64,000 bases of DNA from an uncultured Gammaproteobacteria bacterium (GTDB taxonomy: Bacteria; Patescibacteriota; Microgenomatia; UBA8517): positions 1,762-65,761 of the forward strand of contig CAZDKH010000008.1 of NCBI GenBank assembly GCA_964506225.1, written 5' to 3'. Shown piece by piece: positions 54,768 to 63,623 of the stretch (the first letter of the stretch is position 1; each line of letters starts with the position of its first letter). The notes under the pieces were generated by a model. It had not been told where the DNA came from. It worked only from the letters and a program-made list of their open reading frames with translations, and searched no databases. The position numbers and the translations under genes are program-made.

Positions 54768-56321
54768 CTACTCACATTCTACACTACCCCAACCCAGATC
54801 TTGCAAGAATATTACATCTCGTGCAAATTGCCAATGAAGAGGGTAACGGCACTTAAAAGACTCTCCCCCAAGACATCTAAAATCCCGAGTTGTAGTTTGA
54901 GGGTTCAACACATAATACAAAGCAATCATTTCAGCGAAGCTTTCACTTGGTCGGTTATCGCCGGGGTAAGTGCAAATTAGCTGACTTCCAACAGGACTGT
55001 CATAGTAAGTCTGGTCCAATTCAGTTACTTGAGCTAAAACATGTCCTGATTCGTGAGCCAGGGTATAAAAAGCGTTCCAGTTGCTTTCCACTCCTCTTGG
55101 ATAAAGTTGGATATATTTAAGTCCTGTTACCCATCCACCCCACCATGCGGGTTGTGGATTATGGTGGAGTATAATTTCTCCGCCACTGCAAAGCCTGGTC
55201 ATAAAAGTAGGTGCAACCATCATCTGTGTTATTGCATAGAGTACTGTAGCTTGGCGTTGAGGATAGGCAGCCCAAGAGTCATCAAAAACAAAACAAGAAG
55301 TGGGGGGATCTCCAATAATAATTGATGCACTTCCAGAAGAAGTTTGTTCGCCGTTTGCCCCCTCGGCTATTGCAGTTACAGTGAAAGTATCAATTACCAA
55401 AGAATCTTCAAAACCAGGCACATAGGTAACCGTGTAACTAAAAGTAAATGGTGTTGTCACAGAAATTAACTCTGGTGGTTCAGGCACCTTATGAGTACAA
55501 GGCGGAGAAGACCCGTCTCTTATAACTTGGCAGGTATTTTGAAAGCTGATGTTAGTAAGATTGCCTAGAGGTGCGCTTATCTCAACAGAATAGTTCACAG
55601 TTAAACCTCCGAGGAGTTGAGTGTTCTCAAATGGTCCGGGGGTTTCTGCCCTTTTGACAACCCTTATAAAAGGTGAGCCCCCACCCGTAACTCCAGGCGG
55701 CCACAACTGTACTTGCTCGGAAGGAGGTACTACAAACCCCCCTGCGTTTATGACAAATAAAGCAAACAGCACCAGAAATGGTATCAGTATCATAGCTGTT
55801 ATTGTTGGAACAACTATTGCTGAGGTAATGGCTGTTAAGACCCAAGTTGTAGCAAAGATACCAAGAGCAGCAAGACCTCCAAGTCCTACCGCAGCTGCAG
55901 CAGGTAAACCAAAAAAGGGTCCAAGAATGGTAATTCCTAAAGGTATCGCAAGCTTTTTCCAATTCTCTTTGATTTTTCTTTGTAGCCAGCTAACGACATT
56001 ACCGATAATAGGTAGTTTTGTAATGATTTTTTTTGCAATATCAACAACAAACGGAACTATCGCAGTAATACCCGCGGTTAATGTCCCCGCGATTGCTGCG
56101 GCTGCGGCTTTAACTCCAGTTACGACTGCTTTGAGCGCGCCAACCGCCTTGGCAACAGTGGCCGACTTTGCTGCAAGCCCTGCAATAACTTTTCCAGTTG
56201 CTTTTTGGCCAACTTTTTGCCCAACTACTCGTGCAGTTCCAGCTGCTTCTTGTACTGCCTTTTTAGCTTGTTCTTCTGGTTTTTTTTGGGGGGGAGGAGT
56301 GCCGTGATATTGGTCTATCAT
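54768..56321 (-). CDS. polytopic membrane protein with C-terminal HExxH metallopeptidase-like domain
   Basis: Ala/Gly/Val-rich N-terminal half with several TM helices. Extracytoplasmic Cys-containing C-half with HESGH at 55041-55055. Confidence 0.5.
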   Translation of the reverse strand: MIDQYHGTPPPQKKPEEQAKKAVQEAAGTARVVGQKVGQKATGKVIAGLAAKSATVAKAVGALKAVVTGVKAAAAAIAGTLTAGITAIVPFVVDIAKKIITKLPIIGNVVSWLQRKIKENWKKLAIPLGITILGPFFGLPAAAAVGLGGLAALGIFATTWVLTAITSAIVVPTITAMILIPFLVLFALFVINAGGFVVPPSEQVQLWPPGVTGGGSPFIRVVKRAETPGPFENTQLLGGLTVNYSVEISAPLGNLTNISFQNTCQVIRDGSSPPCTHKVPEPPELISVTTPFTFSYTVTYVPGFEDSLVIDTFTVTAIAEGANGEQTSSGSASIIIGDPPTSCFVFDDSWAAYPQRQATVLYAITQMMVAPTFMTRLCSGGEIILHHNPQPAWWGGWVTGLKYIQLYPRGVESNWNAFYTLAHESGHVLAQVTELDQTYYDSPVGSQLICTYPGDNRPSESFAEMIALYYVLNPQTTTRDFRCLGGESFKCRYPLHWQFARDVIFLQDLGWGSVECE

Positions 56322-56330
56322 ACTAATTCA

Positions 56331-58265
56331 TTATTGCACAATTCGAGCTGTTTCCGTAGGAGTCAGTACAATTTCTTCTTTTCTGGTTTGACCTTGGCCA
56401 AATATCTCTTGTGGCTTTGTAGTAACCAACCTGTATTCTTCATCAGAAGCAACCACTCTAATTGGAGCGTGATGAGGCCCTGCAAATAAAATTCCCTCGC
56501 CGATATCAGCTGCCAAAAGAAGTTGTTTTTCCCCGTGGGAAAGATAAAAAGTTTCTGCTACCTCATCGATTGCAGCAGGGGACTGTTTTAAAAGAAGCCT
56601 CATTGCGGAGTTGGTAACAATTGCTTTACCTATATCTAAAGATAAGAAATCTCTTACATCTTGAGTAACTGTAGTTAAACCTAGATAATATTTTCTGGCT
56701 CGTTTGACAATAGACCATAAAAACTGAGCCGAGTCTTCATACCTCATCATATGCCAGGCCTCATCCACAACCAGGAGACGTTTTTTGATGTCACGCCTGA
56801 CCTTGGTCCAGATAAAATCAAGAATGATAAACATGGCAATTGGGCGCAAAATATCTTGCAAATCCCTGACCGAAAAAACCGTAAATGGATTTTTGATACT
56901 GATATTTGTGTGCTGGTCAAAAATGCCCACAAAACTTCCCTTGACATATTTTTCGATTCTTGCGGCAAGGTCCAAGGCATCTTTTGTTTCCATCCCGATA
57001 AGTGTTTTGTAAAGGTCCTCCATCAGAGGTGGCTCTTTTGATTGTGTAGAAGGATCCATGGTAATGCCCTTACCCCGATAAGTTGCTATCAATGCTTGGT
57101 CCAAAAGCGCTTCTTGCGAGGGGGTAAGCTCTCCCATAATCACCTTAAAAAGTGAGTGTAAAGAAAGAACCTTAAGACCAAGCTGGTTTTCCCCTTCTTC
57201 ATAGATTTGAGATAAATCAAAAGGGTTTATTTTTGAGGCAGAGGAAAAGGAAAAGTTGATAAACTCACCCCCCACTGCCTCGGCAAGGGGTTTATACTCG
57301 TTTTCAGGGTCGATTACGATAATTTCTGTTCCCAGCATTAAGGAACGCAGTGCCTCAAGTTTGACAAAAAAAGACTTTCCAGCCCCGGATGTTGCAAAGA
57401 CAGTCATGTTGGAGTTCTCAAGACTAAATCTATCAAAGATAATAAAGGACTCGTTTTGGGAGTTTATGCCGTACAAGACACCTGTGTCGCTTGAAAGCTC
57501 GGCAGAAGTAAAGGGAAAAGTTGTTGCCAGACTTGTTGTATCCATATTTCTGGTGATTGCAAGTTTGTCAAGTCCAAATGGAGCTGTTGAAATAAATCCT
57601 TTTTCCATATCCAAGGCTGCCCTTTTGGCAACCACCAAAAGGGAACCTAAAGTTGACTCAACTTGCCGTGTGATTTGATTAAGCTCCTCAAGGGAATTGG
57701 CAGGAATGGTAATGTAAAAAGCAAATTCATAAAAGCGCTCAATTCCCTTAACTAATTGCTCTTGTAGTGCTCTTGCGTCTTCAAGTTTGGCCTCGGTTGC
57801 TGGATTGACAATTTTGCCTCTTTCAAGGTCGGTGTGGATTTCAGCCTCCATTTCAGCTATTTTGCGCCGCAGCTCATCAAGAACAGACTTTCCTTCAACC
57901 GGATAAATATAAAAGCTAATATCCAAAGAATGATCAAAATTAATTATCGGTTCCAACCAGCCCGGTGTTACAAAACGAGGATAGCCTCCGACAAACAGAG
58001 TCCTTAGATAAACGTCGTTTATTTTTATAAAATCAAAGTCCAGCTCAACACTTTGCGGTGCAAGGATGTCTTCCAAAATTAGGTCTCCCTTATTTAAAAT
58101 TTCAAGAGGATTGACAATGGCTGGTTTTTTTTCGCCAAGTTCCAACTTTCCGTTTGTCTTTTTGGGAAGATAATCCGCCCCAAGCGCTTTATTTTCTTTT
58201 TTTTGCTTGAATGCTAAATTTATCTTCATGGTATTAAGTTTGAGTTTGTTTTTCAATTTCTCCAA
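56331..58265 (-). CDS. VirB4/TraC/PrgJ-like type IV secretion ATPase
   Basis: Walker A ATSGAGKSFF, IVIDPENEY, Walker B LLVVDEAWHMM. N-terminal domain with YLRTLFVGGYPRFV, typical of VirB4-family proteins. Confidence 0.8.
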   Translation of the reverse strand: MEKLKNKLKLNTMKINLAFKQKKENKALGADYLPKKTNGKLELGEKKPAIVNPLEILNKGDLILEDILAPQSVELDFDFIKINDVYLRTLFVGGYPRFVTPGWLEPIINFDHSLDISFYIYPVEGKSVLDELRRKIAEMEAEIHTDLERGKIVNPATEAKLEDARALQEQLVKGIERFYEFAFYITIPANSLEELNQITRQVESTLGSLLVVAKRAALDMEKGFISTAPFGLDKLAITRNMDTTSLATTFPFTSAELSSDTGVLYGINSQNESFIIFDRFSLENSNMTVFATSGAGKSFFVKLEALRSLMLGTEIIVIDPENEYKPLAEAVGGEFINFSFSSASKINPFDLSQIYEEGENQLGLKVLSLHSLFKVIMGELTPSQEALLDQALIATYRGKGITMDPSTQSKEPPLMEDLYKTLIGMETKDALDLAARIEKYVKGSFVGIFDQHTNISIKNPFTVFSVRDLQDILRPIAMFIILDFIWTKVRRDIKKRLLVVDEAWHMMRYEDSAQFLWSIVKRARKYYLGLTTVTQDVRDFLSLDIGKAIVTNSAMRLLLKQSPAAIDEVAETFYLSHGEKQLLLAADIGEGILFAGPHHAPIRVVASDEEYRLVTTKPQEIFGQGQTRKEEIVLTPTETARIVQ

Positions 58266-58938
58266 AGATTTCCTGTGTAACCGGCGGGTGGGGTGGATTA
58301 AAAATATTATAAAAAAGTTCTATGAGCTGGTCCTTTTCAAGTTGCCTGAGCCTTAAACCAAGACGGTTTGCCTGTCTTATCATATGGTCCCTTCTGGGAA
58401 GAAGTACAATTTTTACCTTCTTAATCACATAACTTTTAGCAAAAGGTAGGGGTCCTCCTCTTTTGGTAATTGCCAAAAAGGACTTTGTCACACCCAATTC
58501 CAGAGGAGAAAAGGGTAAAATTATAAAAAATCTTTTACCTAAAACATTTCTCTTTTTAATTGTTTCTGAGATAAAGCTTTTATAGCCTACCATGAGTTTT
58601 TGTAGTTTGGGATTGGAGATTTTTTGATAGGCTTGGTCAAGAAAGGTAAGATAACTTGAAATATCCTTTCTTTGCGAGCGAACAAGGATTTGGACTGAAA
58701 AAGAAAGGCTATTAATAAGAGCAGCAAAGGCAGCAATTACCGCTTCCTGTTCGTTTTCGGAAAGAAGTCCGAAATTAAGGGAGGTGGACTCCATTACAAT
58801 TGAGGCCCCTCCGTCTTTAAAAAAGACGATGTTATCTATTATATCGGCAATTGGCACAAGCTGTTGAACAGGGGCAGTAATTGGTTCATCCGGAATACTT
58901 AAAAAGGGTAGTTTTGGAATTGAGTTTAGTTTAGGCAT
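58234..58938 (-). CDS. T4SS-associated protein resembling a VirB4 N-terminal domain, no ATPase motifs
   Basis: VPIADIIDNIVFFKDGGASIVMESTSLNFGLLSENEQEAVIAAFAALINSLSFSVQILV parallels the N-domain logic of VirB4-like proteins. Overlaps the VirB4-like gene by 32 nt. Confidence 0.4.
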   Translation of the reverse strand: MPKLNSIPKLPFLSIPDEPITAPVQQLVPIADIIDNIVFFKDGGASIVMESTSLNFGLLSENEQEAVIAAFAALINSLSFSVQILVRSQRKDISSYLTFLDQAYQKISNPKLQKLMVGYKSFISETIKKRNVLGKRFFIILPFSPLELGVTKSFLAITKRGGPLPFAKSYVIKKVKIVLLPRRDHMIRQANRLGLRLRQLEKDQLIELFYNIFNPPHPPVTQEIFGEIEKQTQT

Positions 58939-59908
58939 TGTCTATCACCTTTTTCTCTTTTGCTTTTATAAAGAAAGGCGGAATAATTGCGTCGTTGGCC
59001 TCAAAAATCAGAGGTTCAAAAACAAGACCCTCTTTCTCAACTGTGAGTTCATAATTGCCTTTGCTCAGAGGGGTTGCAATCCAAAAGTGACCAGCTTTGT
59101 TGGTTTTTAGAGCTCGAGCTGGTCTTCCGGAGGCGTCTTTGATTTCCAGTATCGCCCCTTCGACAATTTTACCCTCGGTGTCAAATACTTGGCCGACGAC
59201 GGTATTGGGTTTGGTGGGAGGATTGGGAGGATTGGCGGAGGCAGAAAATTGGGCAGCTTGTCCTTGTAGGGATGGTTGGGGAGATAAAGTTTGGGCAACG
59301 GGAGTGACTTTTATTTCCTCACTTACCGCTTTAGGTTTTGTATCAATTGGGGTTTTGGGAATGGCAATAGGGGTGGTGGGAGGAATTTTTGGCGGCGGTT
59401 TTACCGGGAAAGACTGGCTTGGTAAGGGCGCTTTTGGCTCTGAAGTTGCTGGCTTTTCGCTGGTGAGGCTAACGATATTAACCAGAAAAGCCTCCTCTGC
59501 TTCATTGAGTCTTGAGATAGAGGTGTGCGGGGCGGGCTCGGTAGTAACTTCAATCTTGGGTTGTGGGGTGCTTTGAGCAGGAGTGGCTACTTCAGCCTGA
59601 AAATATATTGGTGCGCTTGTGGTTTTTTTCCAATAAAAAATAGTGGGGGAATAGACGGATTTGAAAAAAGCGGCAATCCACTGCTCAAGGGGGCGCTCTT
59701 CTAAGGGAAGAAAGGCAAGTGCTGCCCCAAAAAGGACAAAAAAAACTATAAAAGGCCATTTGACTATACTTGGAAGAGGGGAGGCATAAAATAAAAGCGC
59801 AACCAAAGCACCACCCGCAACCTGGAAAAATTGCTTTAAGGTCATATCTCCCACAAGTCGGAATTGGTAAGATGATATATGTTGTGGTACTGGATGTTGT
59901 AGGTGCAT
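58931..59908 (-). CDS. PrgI-family (VirB3-like) membrane protein with Pro-rich linker and beta-sandwich C-terminus
   Basis: VPQHISSYQFRLVGDMTLKQFFQVAGGALVALLFY plus a second TM then ...EERPLEQW, the PrgI-type N-terminus. The C-terminal VVGQVFDTEGKIVEGAILEIKD...NKAGHF...GNYELTVEKEG is CarboxypepD_reg-like. Confidence 0.5.
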   Translation of the reverse strand: MHLQHPVPQHISSYQFRLVGDMTLKQFFQVAGGALVALLFYASPLPSIVKWPFIVFFVLFGAALAFLPLEERPLEQWIAAFFKSVYSPTIFYWKKTTSAPIYFQAEVATPAQSTPQPKIEVTTEPAPHTSISRLNEAEEAFLVNIVSLTSEKPATSEPKAPLPSQSFPVKPPPKIPPTTPIAIPKTPIDTKPKAVSEEIKVTPVAQTLSPQPSLQGQAAQFSASANPPNPPTKPNTVVGQVFDTEGKIVEGAILEIKDASGRPARALKTNKAGHFWIATPLSKGNYELTVEKEGLVFEPLIFEANDAIIPPFFIKAKEKKVIDNA

Positions 59909-60031
59909 AGTTTTACTCTCTAAAAGACAAACCTTTCATTATAACAATAGTTTCCTGTCTATCAACTACTATATCAAGCTTACAACGTGAAGAGGTCTTT
60001 TCAAGAGTCTGGGATTTTCACAACGGATACC

Positions 60032-60055
60032 TTGATGATATAATTGATGATATAA
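60032..60055. repeat. perfect 12-bp tandem duplication TTGATGATATAA x2 in the promoter region of the 601-aa orphan
   Basis: Units at 60032-60043 and 60044-60055, creating two TATAAT hexamers 12 bp apart (60039-44 and 60051-56). Ends 24 nt before the ATG at 60080. Confidence 0.7.
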
Positions 60056-60079
60056 TTCTTTAAGTAGTTTTTTAATAAG

Positions 60080-61885
60080 ATGGACGAACAAGAACAACGA
60101 CCATTAGTTGATCTCGGAGCAGAGTTGCCTCCGGAGGTCCGACTCGAACAACTTGGTTCCTATCCTTTAGCCGAAAGGGCATTGGTTGATTTGGTTGGTT
60201 TTGCTGAAGTTGGTGAGCAGGGAGATATAACCAAATTAAGAATGGTAGTTCTAGAAGCATTGGCATTTCAAGAAGGCCTAACAATGGGCGCGGAAGGTTA
60301 CAGACTTGATGACGAGAACGACCTTTTGCATCTTCAGGGAATGTTCACTACACAAGAGTGGTCTACAGCAAGACCACGAACGTATTATTTAGAGCCGGCT
60401 CTTGAGAATGCTCTTAGTGGAAGAGTTCGGGAAGCAAGATTTCAGCAACGATTTCCTTCTTTGTGGAAAGATTTAACTGAAAGAAGGTTTAGATCCGTGG
60501 GTATTAAGGTTACGGAGATGGAACCATTAGTGAATAACGCTAGGGTCCAGCTTGAAAGAGCCCGCTTGGCAGAATCCGATCTTGTTGCTCTAGAAAACCA
60601 CGTTCGCGCACGAAGAGTGTTGGATACAGCCTTTTTGGATAGACAGGGAACTTGTGCCGACGAGAGTGCTTCGGCGAATCTTTTGTCAAGGAACAGAATG
60701 GGTTATCCACCAACAACACCCGATAGAGTACACTGGGAAGCGTTTTTTTATGGAGAATGGGGGGATAAGGTTGATAAAGTTGCTAGGGAGATGGTTAGAG
60801 TCGCTTATGTTCCTGATCAAGACGGCTTTCCAGGTTTTACTCGCGCAGATGTGGAGCATATTCCTGGAGTTCCTGAAAATTTTTACGCTATAACAATGGA
60901 GGACACCCGGCAATTTAAAGCGTGGATTAAACATATGTTTGAAAAGGCAGATGGGAGAGGGGATGTTGTTTGGGCCGCATGGCGCTTTCTTTGTGTCACA
61001 GAAATTATTAGTGAGCTTGGTAAAACAACTAATGATAGGGGAGAAGTTGTCTTTGGTAATCCTCCGGTAATCAATGCACTTTGTGTTTGGACATCCCACC
61101 TCAGAGATAAAAGAAGAATGGAATTTGGTTTTAGTGCAGATGGTAGACTTATCCATGAGGAAAGATTTATTAGTCATAGTGGTCACCCGATCACTCTTAA
61201 TACCTTTAAAGCCCTACTTCGTAGTTATTTTCATAGTGCGAGCGTTGAAATAGTAAGGGACGGAAAAAAAGTTGAGGAATCCCTTTTCAAAATTTGGTGG
61301 GGTGATGGAAAAAGGACTGATGAGGGAGGAACTGGAGTTAGTTTGGCCTCGCCAGAGTTTCCATGGAGAAAGACAGAGACAGTTTTGGCGGGTCAGCTAG
61401 CAGGAGAACCGCCCGCTGGCAGTTTTGACTACCACTTACTTCAGCGTAAAAGAGCGGCGAGTGTTGTTGAGGACATTCGATCTACTCCAAACGTTAGGGA
61501 TTTGGGCGATCCAAATTTCTTTTCATCAAGAGTTCGCAACTGGACAAAGATTTTTGGGAGAGTTCCTACAACAGTAGATCCCCGGGATAACCCTCGCGCA
61601 ATGCAACTTCTGGCTTGGTTGTATAACACAAAGCCAGGAACTGGGGAAGCGAAAGTTGGGGCAGTTGAGGGAATGGGCGAAGAGGCTCGCTATCGTACTT
61701 GGGCTCAAGGTACAACATGGGTTCCAAAGAAACCTGGGTTGGGAACAGAGGGGGGAATAGGCCTTGGAGACATTTTGAAACACGCTGAAAATTGCGGATG
61801 GATTAGGAGGAGGGTTAATAGTCCGAATTTCCAAGGTAGAGAAGCCGATTGGATTGTAAATCAATTGGGCGCCAGTCTGGGCTAA
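60080..61885 (+). CDS. orphan 601-aa soluble protein, no recognisable domain
   Basis: Long uninterrupted ORF on the opposite strand to all neighbours. Arg/Glu/Trp/Gly-rich, with no TM or signal peptide by eye. Confidence 0.5.
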   Translation: MDEQEQRPLVDLGAELPPEVRLEQLGSYPLAERALVDLVGFAEVGEQGDITKLRMVVLEALAFQEGLTMGAEGYRLDDENDLLHLQGMFTTQEWSTARPRTYYLEPALENALSGRVREARFQQRFPSLWKDLTERRFRSVGIKVTEMEPLVNNARVQLERARLAESDLVALENHVRARRVLDTAFLDRQGTCADESASANLLSRNRMGYPPTTPDRVHWEAFFYGEWGDKVDKVAREMVRVAYVPDQDGFPGFTRADVEHIPGVPENFYAITMEDTRQFKAWIKHMFEKADGRGDVVWAAWRFLCVTEIISELGKTTNDRGEVVFGNPPVINALCVWTSHLRDKRRMEFGFSADGRLIHEERFISHSGHPITLNTFKALLRSYFHSASVEIVRDGKKVEESLFKIWWGDGKRTDEGGTGVSLASPEFPWRKTETVLAGQLAGEPPAGSFDYHLLQRKRAASVVEDIRSTPNVRDLGDPNFFSSRVRNWTKIFGRVPTTVDPRDNPRAMQLLAWLYNTKPGTGEAKVGAVEGMGEEARYRTWAQGTTWVPKKPGLGTEGGIGLGDILKHAENCGWIRRRVNSPNFQGREADWIVNQLGASLG

Positions 61886-61900
61886 ATGTCTATTATACCT

Positions 61901-63562
61901 TTATACCTTTTGTGAAAGCACGGCTTTTTGTATAGCTTCCGTAGCTTGTTGTACGGTCTTTATTGCCCACCCTCGACCCGCTATCGGTGCCCAGGCCTGC
62001 AACCGTTCTGCGCCCCAGCCGACACCGCCTGCAATAGCCGCAAGCCCCGTTGGTCCCACTGCCTCGCCAAGTCCTGTTCCAAATGCCATAGGTCTGCCTG
62101 ATATAAATGATTTTATCAGATCCGCTGCTTTTGAAATCATTGTGAGGACAACAAAGCTTGCCATTAAAAGAACAAATGAAAACATATATCTATCTGTACC
62201 CATAAGTGGTGGCCAGCCGCCATAAAAATCCGGTACCCAATCGCAATCAGCATTGGGACCCCTGGTAAATTGGCACACCATAGATCCTATTCCACCAATA
62301 TCCCCTAGTTGCGCCGTGCCCATTTGAAGGGCTATATATAAAAACCAAAAGGCGATTATATACATTGTTCCCACCAAAGGGAAAACCGCAAGATTAGCCG
62401 CAAGACTTTTCAGCCATGTGCCAAAACCAATTCCGGGATAGACAATCCCAATCGCAATTTGTAATGGGGCAATTATGACCTGTAAAAGAAGAGCGACAAA
62501 GGTTTTGATAAGCAACCACGCAATTTTTAGGGTTTGCCAAATGAGAGCAAAGATAAGAATTATAAAAACTATTATCCCGATAACTAGCATTACTGGTGTT
62601 AGAACAAGCTGAATTATTGCTCCAGGTATTACACCAGCCCCCCCAGCCGCCACAGTTGCAAATGGTCCAAAAATGACAATTGCCAAATAGATAATAAGGA
62701 AATGTGTAAGATACAAGACCGCAAACCCCAAGACACCAAGATTTAGGGGCCCATTAACCATTACTCCAAAATAATATGCGGCATTTCCGCCAAGGGCAGG
62801 TGCTGTTTGAAAGAAGAGGGAAATGATACCAATGACAACGTACATAAGGTCAACCAAAAGACCGGCAATTGGATAGGAAAACGTAATCAAAATAAGCGCA
62901 AGTGCGATTTTGGGTAGAGCCGATTGGACGGTAATAATTGTCTGGGGGGAAATTTTAACTCTGAACATAATCATAAAAGCCGTGATTATAATTATCAGAG
63001 CGAATAAAGCATAGGAGATATTTCGGACAGACCTCCATATATCCTGAATAACATTTAACCCCCGAAAGCCAAAGCCGGTTTCTTGGGCATGAGCTTCAGG
63101 AACAGAGTTTTGGAGCTTTCTCAACACATTTTTAAAGTAAGAAACCGCAGAAATTGGCTTATCTTTCTTTATGATAAGCGCCAAAAGGCCTTGTTTTTCA
63201 TATGGATCAGGAATTACATAGGCTCCCCCCCCAGAAAATAAGTTATTTACACAATTTAGAAAGTTTGGATTATTGATACAATTTGATATCCCCGGGCCAA
63301 GCACTCTTTCTTCCAAAAAAGCAATTAGTCCATAGATAATCCAGCTAACTTGAGCGGCAGTGTATCTTTCTCCAAAAATTTCTGTTGGATTTGATTCGTC
63401 GTATACCCTGTTTCGCCACTGAAAAAATGATTGGTTATACCAAGGACCAATTTCGTTAAGTATTGGGGCAGGTGAAGGGGTTTGTGCTAGGGCAAATTGG
63501 GGAGCCACAACAGCAAAAGAAAAACAAAAAAGTAAAATTGAGAATACAATTTTTTTCAGCAT
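61901..63562 (-). CDS. polytopic membrane protein, VirB6/TrbL-like candidate
   Basis: Signal peptide ...FALA|QTPSP, then at least 8 hydrophobic helices across 553 aa. Adjacent to VirB4/PrgI-like genes. Confidence 0.45.
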   Translation of the reverse strand: MLKKIVFSILLFCFSFAVVAPQFALAQTPSPAPILNEIGPWYNQSFFQWRNRVYDESNPTEIFGERYTAAQVSWIIYGLIAFLEERVLGPGISNCINNPNFLNCVNNLFSGGGAYVIPDPYEKQGLLALIIKKDKPISAVSYFKNVLRKLQNSVPEAHAQETGFGFRGLNVIQDIWRSVRNISYALFALIIIITAFMIMFRVKISPQTIITVQSALPKIALALILITFSYPIAGLLVDLMYVVIGIISLFFQTAPALGGNAAYYFGVMVNGPLNLGVLGFAVLYLTHFLIIYLAIVIFGPFATVAAGGAGVIPGAIIQLVLTPVMLVIGIIVFIILIFALIWQTLKIAWLLIKTFVALLLQVIIAPLQIAIGIVYPGIGFGTWLKSLAANLAVFPLVGTMYIIAFWFLYIALQMGTAQLGDIGGIGSMVCQFTRGPNADCDWVPDFYGGWPPLMGTDRYMFSFVLLMASFVVLTMISKAADLIKSFISGRPMAFGTGLGEAVGPTGLAAIAGGVGWGAERLQAWAPIAGRGWAIKTVQQATEAIQKAVLSQKV

Positions 63563-63623
63563 AGGTTGATAATTAATCCTATCATAATATCAGCTATTAT
63601 TGTAAAGGGCAAAACTACTTTTA

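Noticed and set aside
56280-56294. A T8G7 homopolymer pair (C7A8 on the coding strand) in codons 10-14 of the HExxH membrane protein, as a phase-variation switch.
   Set aside because: Comparable C/G6-7 runs occur inside other genes where they simply encode Gly-Gly or Pro-Pro (45970-45976 in the DUF4012 GGF motif, 7978-7984, 4375-4380). The tract is therefore not distinctive. It would need read-level length variation to revive the idea.
55621-56307. A 228-aa plus-strand ORF, and likewise 59097-59576, 60686-61186, 61526-61864, 23091-23453 and 21683-21937.
   Set aside because: These are antisense shadows of longer motif-bearing ORFs in relatively GC/Ala-rich coding regions. They have no motifs and no start context.
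60080-61885. The orphan gene as a GC-rich horizontally acquired island. Sampled lines gave about 48-55% GC against about 33-42% in regions such as 46-49 kb.
   Set aside because: Equally high GC is seen by eye in the pilus genes (about 52% near 6.6 kb), the beta-helix gene (about 57% near 22.2 kb) and the neighbouring T4SS-like genes. Composition alone therefore does not single it out. A proper windowed GC and codon analysis is needed.
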